A stretch of 64,000 nt of DNA, from contig OX597833.1 of the NCBI GenBank assembly GCA_951406725.2, positions 8,184,001 to 8,248,000 of the forward strand, written 5' to 3'. The notes beneath the pieces are model-generated. The model was not told the origin of the DNA and ran no database searches. It saw only the letters and a program-made list of their open reading frames with translations. A program made the position numbers and the translations under genes. Origin of the DNA: Octopus vulgaris (lineage: Eukaryota). Shown piece after piece: positions 25,690-38,990 of the stretch. How positions within the stretch are numbered: the stretch's first letter is position 1; the number at the start of each line of letters is the position of its first letter.

Positions 25690-26155
25690 CCAGGAATATC
25701 TTTGTTAGGACATCGCTATAGTCATTGGAATTGGTAGGTGAGGACTTCGACTGAGTATGGCTCCCACGTCTAGAACTATGCTTCAGCTCTACACACACAC
25801 ACATCTCAGACATCACCCAAACAAAGATCAGCCAATTCCTTAGCAGAAACTCAGAGACCCCCCTCCCCAGCTGTGTCTTCTCTCAATCTTTCCTCCAGCA
25901 ACTATAATGGCCTCTGCTCCATGGAAATGACTGACCTCTTGCATCCTTCACTCGGGCAGTCCCAACCCATCGTCTCTCATCTCTAAACTATTCTTAGTTG
26001 GGTTTCCTACCCAACCAGCCTCACACTCATCCAATTACTTCTTCCATAGAATATTAACCCCCTGGAACTCCTTTCCCCGTTCATGTCTTTCCTGAGGGTA
26101 TTCGCCCACAAAGTTTCAAGACGAACTTTACCAGCATCAATCTCATCAGTTTAGG
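25690..26155 (+). mobile_element. Degraded CR1/L2-group LINE C-terminal fragment
   Basis: PWNSFP.HVFP....QSFKTN C-terminal motif at ~26060-26130. Confidence 0.5.
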
Positions 26156-26696
26156 ATGACGTGCAAAGGTCAAACGAGTGAAACAAAACCCCCTTAAAAC
26201 GGTTTGGGACTGTGACTGGAAGCATCGCCAATGGAATTGGTCGGAGATGGTCTGTGAGGATAGACATTCGTATTGCTTGATTAGTGATGTGGCTTAAGGA
26301 TAATCGCTAGAATTGGTCTTTTATTAATGACACAGTCTCAGCCTCCATGAGATCATTGACAAAACCGGTTTTAATGGAATTCGAAGAGACTGAAGCTTTG
26401 GGTTGTAACAGTAATTGCATCTGACATTGATTAGCTCCAGGTCGGTGATTATTGAACAGACCTACAATGAAAACCATTCCAACCGTGACCACATCGTCTT
26501 TTGTCCGGACATCGTACGTCTACCTTCGATTTCATTGCTTTGGTGGTGGAGGTCATTCACTCAATTCGTTTTACTGACCGCGGGACAAAGTTACCTCCCT
26601 TGAACGACGGTTTTTTTTTTTTCACCTCGGGGAAAAGTTGTTCCCCTTGAATTTCCATCCCTTCCAGCTGACTGCTGTCACAGCTCGGGGAATTTA

Positions 26697-27176
26697 CCGT
26701 AAATCCTCGAGTATAATCCGCATTTTTTTCCCCAAAATTTAATGGTCAAAATCCCCAGTGCGTACTATATACGAGGTTAAAAATGAAAATTATTTTCTAA
26801 GCAATGTCCGAGTCTCTATTTGCTGTCCGGCAATGTTTATTCAGACGCATTTTGTGATGTCGGGCACGAAAATCCCTTAAGCTAAGCCTGAAAGCAATGA
26901 AGTCATAAAAGAATCATCCATAACTTGCAATAAGCAACATTTATTAAACGTTATTACAGTTATTTCTTTATTTTCTGCAAACAAAATGCACAAAAAAGCT
27001 ACACGTTTGCATTATGTTAAAAGGATGTTACTGTATACATTTTTACAAACCAAGGACGTTATATAGACCTCCTTGACTCAAGTTCGAGAAGGGGTGTGTA
27101 TTACAGACAAGGTTTAGGTTTTTCAGAGGTACAGCCCCCTAAAGATCCCCTGCGTATTATACTCGAGGATTTACGG
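26697..27176. mobile_element. Tc1/mariner-superfamily (pogo/Tigger-like) MITE
   Basis: 26-bp TIRs CCGTAAATCCTCGAGTATAAT(C/A)CGCA with 1 mismatch, flanked by TA on both sides. Confidence 0.9.
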
Positions 27177-27756
27177 TACTTGAAATGACGAAGGCGATGG
27201 TAGGGGTGGATCTATGTAGTCGCCTAGCATGCTAGAGAGAGTAGCTAGATCCTTCTCAATTGAAACCCTACATCATTTCAAATAGATCGACACATAAGAT
27301 AATGTAGTTCTACGTACACAAGATCCGAAAAAAAGATGAGATGGATAGAGTTGGACGACCTTTGACGGGGACTGTTCAGCTGTGAGTAAAACAGTTGTTT
27401 GGTTTGTTTATACATTTGCATAAGAGGACAGGCTCGGAAATATGGGTGCTGGGAGTGCAACCAAACCCCTAAAATTTCAGTGGAAACGATAAAGCTTTGA
27501 ATATTCTCCTGAAAAGCTTCATCACTAAAACGAACGAACATAGAAACATTTTTGGACTGATTTGAAACTTTGGTTTTCCATAATTGGATTGATTTCATTT
27601 GATTGATGCACAAATATAATTATAATTATTTTTGTTATATCCTGTGTATGTTTTGATATAAAGACTGAAAAAATGTCGACCTTGATCATGAAAAATTTTA
27701 ATCCTGCTTTTGTACCTGTTAAGCAAATTTCGTTCTTGCTCAAATGGACAAGCTAA

Positions 27757-28151
27757 TCTTCTTTATATATAAAAGTAAGGTTATGTGTCTGTCTCCTACG
27801 ATTTAGATTCCTAACTACTCCCACATTTTGCGGTGCAGTTTAACCAAAACCGGCTATCTTATAGTCGTGATTCATATCGAGCACTTCTGGGTATTAGCGC
27901 GCGTCTACGATGAGTCTACGATTTAAAAAATACTTTACCATCATTTTTTTCCATTTGAATGCATTTTTTCGCTATTATATAAGCAACTCTCTAAAAATGT
28001 CTACGATGAGTCAACGATTTAAAAAAAAATTTACCATCATTTTTTTCCATTTTTAATGCATTTTTTTGCTATTTTTTGGCTATAACTCTCTAAAAATGCT
28101 TATATAGTTATTTCCCTTACAAACCCGAGCAACGCCGGGCGATACTGCTAG
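27757..28151 (+). mobile_element. Non-autonomous Helitron
   Basis: 5' TC, 3' hairpin CCCG-agcaacgc-CGGG then CTAG, inserted between A and T; internal ~95-bp tandem duplication. Confidence 0.85.
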
Positions 28152-29200
28152 TGTTATATAATCGTGCTTTTAATGTAGCTGATATTGGCTTGTTAGAACA
28201 CACTGACTTTCATCTGTTCCATCACGGGATGCGACTGATTTTCCTCAGATATTTCTGGTGCCATATTCTATAAATGGTAAACGTTACCTATTTCGCAGCC
28301 GCACGAGTGAGTGGCTGCAATAACTGCATCAAATACCATAAATTTAGATGTTTATCTCAGACAATAATCATTTACTCATCTTCTCAATATAACATAATCT
28401 ACTGTAGACACCTTATGGATCTCCGTCGGTGTTCGACGATGAGTATTCAAGTGTTCAATCAGCAGAATTACCTGTCCCTGAATAAATGTTTAAATGACTG
28501 AGTATTCCACAGGCCCGTGCACCTTAAATGTAATTCTTAAGAAGAACCAGTGTGACACATCGTGACAAGTCTGAATCCTTAAACCACAAATACTATCCCC
28601 TCCCCCGAAAAGGGCTTTGATGCAGTTTCCGTGTGCCCAATATCACTCACAAGGTATGGGACCACCTAAGATTAGCTTTGGTTTAATAGTATCTACCAAC
28701 AAGGTGTAAACGTCCAGTCTACCAATATCTGAGATGCAATTGGAGTAAAACTCACCATGTACCAGTAATTCACCTGGGTCCATCAATTCTTCTATTATCC
28801 TCTCAGTCGCATTATTTTAATGGTTTTGTATACCCAACCCGATTTACTAATTCCGTTTCTTCACAATTCCTTATTTAGCTGTTTGATGGCCATATAACTG
28901 CAGATGACAGCTCATTGCCACCCCAAGGACAATCCTACCATGACTGCCAACACTGATATCATCACAAACATCACTATTCCTCACATGGAAGCATACATGC
29001 ATATATACATATGCACATATGTATGCATGTATGTATGTATGTATGGCTGTATGTATGTATGTATGTATAGCTGTATGTATGTATGCGTGTATGTATGTAT
29101 GTATGTATGTATATGTATGTGTGTGTGTGTGTATGTAGGTAAATATATATACATGTATGCTTGTGTATATACACATACATATATACATATAAATGTATAT

Positions 29201-29431
29201 ATTTCTTTACTACCCACAAGGGGCTAAACACAGAGGAGACAAACAAGGACAGACAAACGGATTAAGTCGATTCCATCAACCCCAGTGCGTAACTGGTACT
29301 TAATTTATCGACCCCGGAAGGATGAAAGGCAAAGTCGACCTCAGCGGAATTTGAACTCGGAACGTAACGGCAGACGAAATACGGCAACGCATTTCGCCCG
29401 GCGTGCTAACATTTCTGCCAGCTCGCCGCCT
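29201..29431 (-). mobile_element. SINE family A, well conserved
   Basis: Reverse complement reads aggcggcgagctggcagaaatgttagcacgccgggcg...gagttcaaattcc. Others at ~43370-43530, 50376-50725 and 60250-60740. Confidence 0.85.
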
Positions 29432-29697
29432 TTATATAAATGTATATAAATGTATATGCATATACATATACATTTATACACCACCACCACCACCACCACA
29501 ACCACCACCACCACCACCACCACCATCACCACCACCATCACCACCACCACCATCACCACCACCACCACCACCACCACTGTTAGAGATAACTAAATGTCAG
29601 GCTACTGTTTTGTGGATGTATAAAGTTAGGAGAGACTTTTAAGATGTGCAAACAACATTGATATTTGGAGAGGGAAGGTGGGAGTAGGAAGTGTATG

Positions 29698-29728
<31 letters not shown>

Positions 29729-29994
29729 CGAGAGAGAGAGATAGAGAGAGAGCAAAAGAGAGAGAGGGAGAGAGAATTGCAGTGATAGAAGACGTGTAAA
29801 AAACATAAAGGGAGTGTGTAGAAGTGAGAGAGAGGGAAAAAAGAGAGAAGGGTGGAGGGAAACTCTAAAAATGTTATGAAAATGCAGAAACCGTGTGAGA
29901 GAAACTGTTTAAAAGTCAAAAAGTTGGTATCCCATGCATTATATAGACATATACACAAATACACACACACACACACGCCTATATATGTGTGTGT

Positions 29995-30310
29995 GGAGGT
30001 GCAATGGCCCAGTGGTTAGGATATCGGACTCGTGGTCATAGGATCGCGGTTTCAATTCCCAAACCAGGCGTTGTGAGTGTTTATTGAGCAAAAACACCTA
30101 AAGCTCCACTAGGCTCCAGCAGGGGCTGGTGGCGAACCCTGCTGTACTCTTTCACCACAACTTTCTCTCACTCTTTCTTCCTGTTTCTGTTGTACCTGTA
30201 TTTCAAAGGGCCAGCCTTGTCACACTCTGTGTTACGCTGAATCTCCCCAAGAACTACGTTAAGTGCACACGTGTCTGTGGAGTACTCAGCCACTTGCACG
30301 TTAACTTCAC
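29995..30310 (+). mobile_element. tRNA-headed SINE family C
   Basis: ggaggtgcaatggcccagtggttagg...gtttcaattccc...aaagctccac. Confidence 0.82.
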
Positions 30311-30319
30311 AAGCATGGC

Positions 30320-30715
30320 ATATCAGCCAACGATTGAAGGGTGCTTTTAAAGGGGCCAGTTATGAGATACTCTCATTGGCCATGACTACAATCTCACTTG
30401 TTGTGCCAAGTCTTCTTAAGCACAGCATATCTCCAAAGGTCAAAGTCGCTCATCATTGCCTCTGTGAGGCCCAATGTTCAAAGATCATGCTTTATCACCT
30501 CATCCATGTCTTCCTGGGTCTACCTCTTCCACAGGTTCCCTCCACTGCTAGGGTGTGACATTTCTTCAAACAGCTGTCCTCATCCATACGCAACACATGA
30601 CCATACCAGCTCAGTCGTCTCTCTTGCACACCACATCTGATGCTTCTTATGTTTAACTTTTCTCTTGGGGCGCTTACACTCTGTCATGTATGCACACTGA
30701 CATTACACATCCAAC
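30320..30715 (-). mobile_element. RTE LINE C-terminal/3'UTR fragment
   Basis: Reverse complement resembles 14560-14955 (agagggaacctgtggaagaggtagac...). Confidence 0.82.
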
Positions 30716-30739
30716 ATACATGATGATGATGATGATGAC

Positions 30740-30772
<33 letters not shown>

Positions 30773-30914
30773 GATGGTAGTTCTAGAAAAACACGCAAAG
30801 CTCAGTACATCTCAAGGCCACACATATACATCTGAATATTTACAGAGATGAGTATTATGTTTCCAATATGAGTTATATTTATAATGTAAAATGTTCTGTC
30901 TCAGCTTTTCTTTC

Positions 30915-31560
30915 AATCATTCAATTTTGGAGGGAATTTTTTGATGAAATGTACTTCCATTGCTTTTTGGTATTGAGGATCATCCTGTGCACATTTGTAA
31001 AAGGGAAAAATTTTGAATTTTCCATTGCTGCATATTTCCAGTTGTTTACTTAATGGGATCTTGCCTAATTCTTCTTGTCAGATATGTTGCCTGTGGATTC
31101 TTGCACGTTGGCAGAGGGAGTTATTTGTTTTGCCAATGTAATTTTCTTTGCAGTTTGGGCAGGTAATGCAACATGTGAGGTTTTGTGCTTTCCAGTTCAT
31201 ATCTGCATTTATTTTGAAAAGAGATCTGCTCTCAAATTGTATGTGGGAACCACTTTCCAACTATTTGAAGTTGTTGATGTTGTTGCATGTTCCACATCTC
31301 CTATCTCCACATTCTTTTATTAAGAATTCAGATTCATTCTATAATTTGGATTCTGCCCTTGTGAGGTGTCTTTTAAGATTTTTTCGTTGACATCTGCTAT
31401 TCCGTAAGGTGTTTTTCTCAATTAGATTTTTCATTTTGGGGTTTAAGCTCTCTGGTGAAGCTTTGGGGTTCAATTTTTGCATAATTTTTGTATGATTTGT
31501 CAACTTTGGCACACTGGACCCCTAAAGCAGAAACAGCTGTAAGAGTAGGGTTGCATTTAT
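30915..31560 (-). mobile_element. Penelope-like element remnant (GIY-YIG endonuclease region)
   Basis: NSRCQRKNLKRHLTRA linker, NLTCCITCPNCKENYIGKT...RARIHRQHI, and C-terminus EVHFIKKFPPKLND*. Confidence 0.82.
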
Positions 31561-31740
31561 TTATTTATTTATTCCTATGATTGTAATTAATATATAGATC
31601 TTGGTGATGTTTGTCAATTGAATATCTTCTCCTTTCTCTGCCTTGCCTTAGCTATGTATATATCTGTAAATGTAGTATGTGAAAATTATTCGGTAGCCAA
31701 GATAAAACTCCGAGTTTTATATATATATATATGTAAATGT

Positions 31741-31815
<75 letters not shown>

Positions 31816-31919
31816 TACATTTACAGATGAATTCCTATATTTACATAATATCGAGGTCTCTTTCTTTCTTTTGTTATCTTATCGTATTTATTAATATATA
31901 TATATATATATATACAATA

Positions 31920-32055
31920 GTTGTATACTGTCAATTTAACGTGACAGTAGGGGATTACACCACCGCTGTTTAGCCCTAGGAAGCATCGACACCTCAATCC
32001 CCTACTGTCATGTTAAATTGACAGTATACAACCACTCCATCGCCCCACCACCGTA
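31920..32055. repeat. Second copy of the fold-back family (37-bp arms)
   Basis: Arms 31920-31956 / 31996-32032; shares acaccaccgctgtttagccctaggaagcatcgac with the 3802 element. Confidence 0.82.
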
Positions 32056-32218
32056 CATATCTCTATGAGATATTTAGAAATTCAATATTTCTGATATATA
32101 TACAAGTTATAAGGGATTTCTCCAAATGTTCACTGTGTTGCTCACATATAGGTCAATATAAAGCTGTATTTAAATCAAAATGTAAATTCAAATTCATAAA
32201 ATGCTACTTCATCATACC

Positions 32219-32255
<37 letters not shown>

Positions 32256-32327
32256 TATATATTCATACATACACACACATATATATATACATATGTATGT
32301 GTATTCATATAAATATATATATAATTG

Positions 32328-32378
<51 letters not shown>

Positions 32379-32382
<4 letters not shown>

Positions 32383-32574
32383 TCATCATCATCATCATCA
32401 TCATCGTTTTACGTCCGTTTTCCGCACTAGCACGGGTTGGACGGTTCAACCGGGGTCTGGGAAGCCAGGGGCTGCTCCAGGCTCCAGTCTGATCTGGCAG
32501 AGTTTCTACGGCTGGATGCCCTTCCTAATGCCAACCACTCCGCGAGTGTAGTGGGTGCTTTTTACGTGCCACCT

Positions 32575-32578
<4 letters not shown>
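32379..32578 (-). mobile_element. RTE 3'-end copy
   Basis: Same tail family. Further copies or fragments at ~41960-42110, 47290-47515, 51040-51205 and 53270-53370. Confidence 0.8.
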
Positions 32579-32611
<33 letters not shown>

Positions 32612-32683
32612 CGTATGTCTTTATACATGTATATGTGTGTGTATATATATAGATATACATACACATATCTATTTATTTATCTT

Positions 32684-32721
<38 letters not shown>

Positions 32722-33194
32722 CATACATACACATATATATCTATACATATGTGTGTGTGCGTGTGTACACGCGTGTGTGCGTGCGTACACGCGCATGTGT
32801 GTGTGTGTGTGTGTGTGTGTACAACAGAAATAGCAGCCAGCTAAAACAGTAATGCCGCTTATTTGATATTCTGGAAATCCACTGATATCCAACATTATGA
32901 AATATTAAAGAAAAAGAAGACAACAACAAAAGAAACTAATAGAAAAAAAAATAACAAAAAACATGAACAAAAGTGAATTCAGATTTGTTTTGCTATTTTT
33001 TCCTATATTTTTTGTGTCCAGTTTTGACATTTAAATATCACATTATTGTCATTTGAGAAGGTGGACGATGACAACAATTAAAATGATGATGATGATGGTG
33101 TTGTTGTTGTTGGTGATGGTGATGATGATGATGACTATGATGGCAGGATAGATAAGTGTCAAGTTTTAAAATTTATATCTGAGTGAATTTATAC

Positions 33195-33206
33195 CTGTGT
33201 GTATGC

Positions 33207-33242
<36 letters not shown>

Positions 33243-33257
33243 CTATCTATCTATCTA

Positions 33258-33314
<57 letters not shown>

Positions 33315-33315
33315 G

Positions 33316-33368
<53 letters not shown>

Positions 33369-33475
33369 ACATATATATGTATGTATGTATATATATATGT
33401 ATATATATATATATGTATGTATATATATATTTATATAAATATATATATATATATATGTATGTATATATGTATGTA

Positions 33476-33525
<50 letters not shown>

Positions 33526-33555
33526 TATATATACACACAAACATATATATAAATG

Positions 33556-33587
<32 letters not shown>

Positions 33588-33950
33588 CACACACATACAT
33601 ACATATGTACACAAACACACATTCACAAAACAAAAATATATATAAATACAAGTATGCATATGTATCTTCCTATGTTTGTATGTGTATTTATGTGTGTGTG
33701 TTTGTGTATACGTATCTTCACACACACAAACACACACACTCATACACACACGCATAATAATATCAATGTTTCCGTTCGATTTATTTTGTTACAGATTCTG
33801 CAGTCAACCATTTCATTAAGACATCCTGGGGCTTTCAAATGTGTGTGTGGGTGTGTGTGTATCTATCTATATGTATATATGTATATATATATATACATAT
33901 ATAAAAAAAAAAAAATTTAATTACATATAATAAAATATTAAAATAACTAA

Positions 33951-34009
<59 letters not shown>

Positions 34010-34020
34010 CATATATATAT

Positions 34021-34096
<76 letters not shown>

Positions 34097-34182
34097 TCTG
34101 TTGTGTCTGGGGAAAGAATCTTGCAAACCAAATCTAAAAAGCGAAATATATATACATACATATATATATATGTATGTATGTA

Positions 34183-34213
<31 letters not shown>

Positions 34214-34260
34214 CTGTGTGTGTGTGCGTAGGCGCGAGTGTGTGTAAGCGCGCGTGTGTG
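33195..34260. repeat. ~1-kb (TA)n/(TG)n compound microsatellite
   Basis: Direct inspection. Confidence 0.95.
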
Positions 34261-34718
34261 CGTTCTGACTTGCGAAGTTCCCGTCTGAGTGACGTAGGAG
34301 GTGGTGGTGGCGCTGCTGCCCCCTGATGCCAAGCTGCTGTACCAAGAACAGATAACTCCCACACCTCGGCTCCTCAGCCACAGAAAAAGAGAAGAGAAGA
34401 GAGAAGAGACCCAGCAGTTAGCTTCTCTGTGTATATATCTCTATACATCAACGTATGTATAAACGCACACCTATACACACACACATCGGTGTATATAAAT
34501 CGTTGCTTTGACACCGTGGAGGTCAGTCCTTTCTCCGTTTCTCCGTTACGGCTCCTCATTAACTCACGCGCACTCCGCCTTCTTAATTACATACACAATT
34601 AATTAATTAGAATGCTTAGTTAATTATTGTCCATTGGACTTCAAAACAAACTCTTCCTTTCCTCGCTTCCCGTTGTTCAACCCCAGGTTTATGTCGATCC
34701 AGCAGACCGACGGCCAAA

Positions 34719-35025
34719 GACGTTCCAGCTGTGACTACCATGTCTTAGATATCAGAAATACATTAAGCAATGTGTCCTGCCTTTATTTCAGACCTTAAGA
34801 CGTTCCAGTTGTGACTACCACGTCTCCTAGAAACCTGAACTAATGTGTCCAGTTTTAGTTTAGGACGCTGTGACATTCCACTTGTGACTGTCCCGTCTTA
34901 TATATCAAAGACATTAACAAATGTGTCCTGCCTTTATTTCGGGCTGTAAGACGTTCCAGCTGTGACTATCCCGTCTTATCTATATCAGGAACACATTAAT
35001 TAATGTCCTGTCTTCGTTTAAGATG
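34719..35025 (+). repeat. Four-unit tandem repeat (73-80 bp) inside an interspersed repeat
   Basis: Units start gac(g/a)ttcca(g/c)(c/t)tgtgact at 34719, 34799, 34872 and 34950. Confidence 0.8.
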
Positions 35026-35909
35026 ACTTAGGTGCCGTTTGAGGGAGGTATATTAGCTGCAGTTTCTAGCAAGGTTAGTGTCCTACCAAAGCCTTCTGCT
35101 TTGGCTCGCTTCGTGTTGTTGTCTTAATTGAAGACAGAATTACTTGGAGCCGAGGAGGGCAACATTTGTCTGTTCGGTCACCGATAAACCCACGACGAAC
35201 TTGGTGAGGGTCAAGCTCTGGTGCCCTTCACCTGCAAACACCAAAAGCAGGGTCAGGTAAAGCCTTGTGTCTCAATAACACATATTTACTTATTTCTGTG
35301 GTGAATATTCGAAGCAGATACTTTGAAAATATTGTATTAATTTAATAATATACACTCCACGAGCAGGTACCCGCGCTCGGTCACTCATCACACATACATA
35401 TATACATACAAATATACGTACATGTGTGTATATATACATACATACATATATATATATAGTACTGGTATGTGTTTAGGAAGTTTATAAACACACAGATACA
35501 TACATACATATATATATTATACAGGCGCCCACACAAACACTGGTGTGTGTTTATAAATATCCCTACATCCTAGACATTTTGGGAAGCTGTAAATGAAACC
35601 CCTTCAATTAGGTGTTGTTCCCTGAGAGCAATTATCATCTTCATCTCTCTCATCATCGACAATTCCCGTCCAGGGACAAATCCTTTCCCTTCTACAACAG
35701 AGAGGAATGAAGAGACACTAACTTCATATTTCTATTTCTACGGGTAAGTGTCACCCTTTCTTCTTTGAAGCTTCTTTTAGACTAGAAGTGGGTCTCTCTG
35801 ACCTCAGCCAACGAAATATTTGTCTATTTTAGTTTCACTGTTTTTTTTCTTTTTTGTATTTCATTTCTATACCTTGTTCTGTTTATATTTTCCCTGTCAC
35901 TTTTTTCTT

Positions 35910-35959
35910 AATATCTATCTATCACTCTATCTATCTGTCTGTCTGTCTGTCTACATCTG

Positions 35960-35996
<37 letters not shown>

Positions 35997-36369
35997 GTCT
36001 ATCTATCTATCTATCTATCTATCTGTCTGTCTGTCTGTCTGTCTATCTCTCTATCTATCTATATACATCTGTCTCTATCTATCTATACCTGTATACAAAC
36101 ACCTATGTATACAGTGTGCGCGTGTATATATTTAGACATGCGTATATAGAAGTATATGTATGAATACACGCGCACAATATCAGCATCGATAACATTTCCA
36201 GTCGTATTTGAGCGAATGTCTGAGTCGTCTGTACACATTCATCCATTCATAGAATCACCCAATTGTAAATAAACCGCCACAGCTTGGTTTCGCTGCTCCA
36301 TTCAGACGTGGAACATTATCTCCACTTCACTGAAGAACCTTGTAATACAGCATCACTCTGTCTTATCCG

Positions 36370-36400
<31 letters not shown>

Positions 36401-36421
36401 GTCTGTCTATCTATTTATCTA

Positions 36422-36457
<36 letters not shown>

Positions 36458-36461
36458 TCTA

Positions 36462-36536
<75 letters not shown>

Positions 36537-36780
36537 GCCTACCTACCTACCTACCTACCTACCTACCTATCTCTCTCTCTCTCTCTCTCTCTATCTACCT
36601 ATCTGTCTATCTCTCTACCTATCTCTCTATCTACCTATCTGTCTGTCTATCTGCTTATCTATCTGTCTATCTATCTACCTATCTGTCTATCTCTTTATTT
36701 ACCTATCTGTCTCTCTATTTATCTCTCTCTTTCTCTCTCTATTTGTCTGCCTATCAATCGATCCATCTGTCTGTCTATCA
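35910..36780. repeat. Two (TCTA/TCTG)n tracts (35910-36090, 36370-36780)
   Basis: Direct inspection. Confidence 0.92.
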
Positions 36781-37181
36781 GTTCATTCATTGATTTATAA
36801 ATTTGTCTTTGTTTACACAAACGAGAGAAGTAGAACTCAATACACAGTGCTTATGATATCTTCAAGATATATGTATATATAATAATGTGTGTGTGTATAT
36901 ATGTATATACACGCACACCCACACACATACGAAGCCTGGAAGCTGCTTAGGGTTTAACTTATTTTGTCCTAAACTCTACGTTTTATTCGTTTAATGTTAT
37001 CGGTTGGTGATTGTTCTCGAAAAGGCTTCCAGCCAAAATGATCTCAATGACCGACTTTTTTTACTACTCACATCCACCCACATCCACCCTGGACGGATAT
37101 CAATAAACTTTATGTGCAGATCTGGGTGCACCGCATGAAATATTTTTTTCTATTTTGCAGTGCATGTGACCCACATAAGTA

Positions 37182-37217
<36 letters not shown>

Positions 37218-37609
37218 GATATAGATATATATATATATATAGATATAGATGTGTATATATATATAGATATAGATATATATATATATATATGTTTGTATAT
37301 ATAAACAAGTCGCGCGCACATAGTTTAGTGTGTGTGTATGGGTATATATATAGGTGGGTGTGTTCTATGAAGATTACAGTTATCTGAAAGGTCAAACTGT
37401 ATATAAGTATCTATGTTGTGTGTATAAAGTGTACATGTATGTCATTATTAATCGGCCAAATCTCTGATTGACACAAACACCAAAGTAAACATCTACACCC
37501 AGAAACCTAGGACGGTCGGACACACACGCGCGCTCTGTTTAATCCTGTTTGTGTATGTGTGTGTGGAGCTGATGTGGTGTATGTGTGTAAACAGACATTT
37601 CTCCACCCA

Positions 37610-37959
37610 CAGACATACATATATACGCATATGTGTGTGTATATGTATGTATGTACGTATATATATGCATGTATGTATACATGTGTATGTATATGTGTGT
37701 ATGTATGTATGTACGTATATATATGTATATATATGCATGTATGTATACATGTGTATGTATGTACGTATATATATGTATGTATATATATGCATGTATGTAT
37801 ACATGTGTATGTATGTATATATATGCATGTATGTATGTATGTATATATATGCCTGTATGTATGTATGTATATATATGCATGTATGCATATATGTATATAT
37901 ATGCATGTATGTATATATGTGTATATGTATGTATGTATATATATGTATGTATATGTATG

Positions 37960-37998
<39 letters not shown>

Positions 37999-38160
37999 GT
38001 ATATATATGCATGTATGTATATATGTGTATATGTATGTATGTATATATATGCATGTATGTATATATGTGTATATGTATGTATGTATATATATATGCATTT
38101 ATGTATATATGTGTATGTATATACGTATATGTGTATATGTATGTATATATATATGTACAT
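37610..38160. repeat. (TATG)n/(TA)n compound satellite
   Basis: Direct inspection. Confidence 0.93.
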
Positions 38161-38610
38161 GTGCTTCGTTGTTGATGTGGAGAAGGCATTTGATAGGGTT
38201 CCAAGGAAGGAGACTGAGTGGGCATTGAGGAAGAGAAGTGTAATGGAAGTAATAGTGGGGGCAGTGATGAGTTTGTGGTGAAAGTTGGTGTGCATCAGGG
38301 ATCTGTGTTGTCACCATTGTTGTTTGCAACAATGGTTGATGTGGTGATGGAGAGCGCAAGAGAGGGATTGATGATGGAGATACTGTATGCAGAAGACCTT
38401 GTTCTGGTGAGTGAAATCTGTAATGCTGTATGGGAGTGAGACACGGTGTTTGAGGGAGAGAAAGATGACAATTTTGAGAAGGACCGAGAGAGCAATGGTG
38501 AGAGAATTGCGTGGCATGAGGCTGTTTGATAAGAGGAGGACTGAGGACTTGATGGGGATGCTGGGGTTGGTGGAATGCCTGGCAAGGGTGAATGGAGTGT
38601 GGTGGTATGG
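38160..38610 (+). mobile_element. Internally deleted RTE reverse transcriptase remnant (second subfamily)
   Basis: [41 protein letters not shown] and WYG motifs juxtaposed in different frames. Confidence 0.85.
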
Positions 38611-38990
38611 TGGCTGTGTAGTAAGAAGCTTGCTTTCTGACTGCATAGCTCTGGGTTCAGTCCCACTGTGTGGCACTTTGGGTTGACCAAATCCTTTGGG
38701 TTGACCAATCCAAAACTCAGGTTGACCAAATCCTTGTGAATGGATTTAGTGGTTAGAAACTGAGAGAAGCCTGTTGTGTGTGTGTGTTTGTCCTGCCCCT
38801 TCCCCACTCACTGCTTGACAACTGGTATTGGTGTATTTACATCCCTGTAACTTAGCGGTTTGGCAAAAGAGACTGATAGAACAAATACCAGGCTTAAAAA
38901 GTGCATAAGTCCTGAGGTTGATTCATTCAACTAAAAATTCTTCAAAGTAGTGCCCCAGCATGGCCACAGGCTAATGATTAAAAGAAATAA
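38610..38990 (+). mobile_element. SINE family B
   Basis: Head tggctgtgtagtaagaagcttgc...ggttcagtccc, with a triplicated ggttgaccaa motif. Partial copies also at ~6095-6240, 7205-7365, 15280-15440, 39255-39395, 41110-41390 and 59250-59400. Confidence 0.78.

Noticed and set aside
33183-34381. Long YI/CV/HT-rich ORFs (also at 15581-16124, 21368-22091, 36284-36793 and 37493-38295)
   Set aside because: Stop-free frames produced by di- and tetranucleotide microsatellites.
34719-35025. CRISPR-like repeat/spacer pattern
   Set aside because: The 'spacers' are homologous to each other, the repeats are imperfect, the context is eukaryotic and there are no cas genes.
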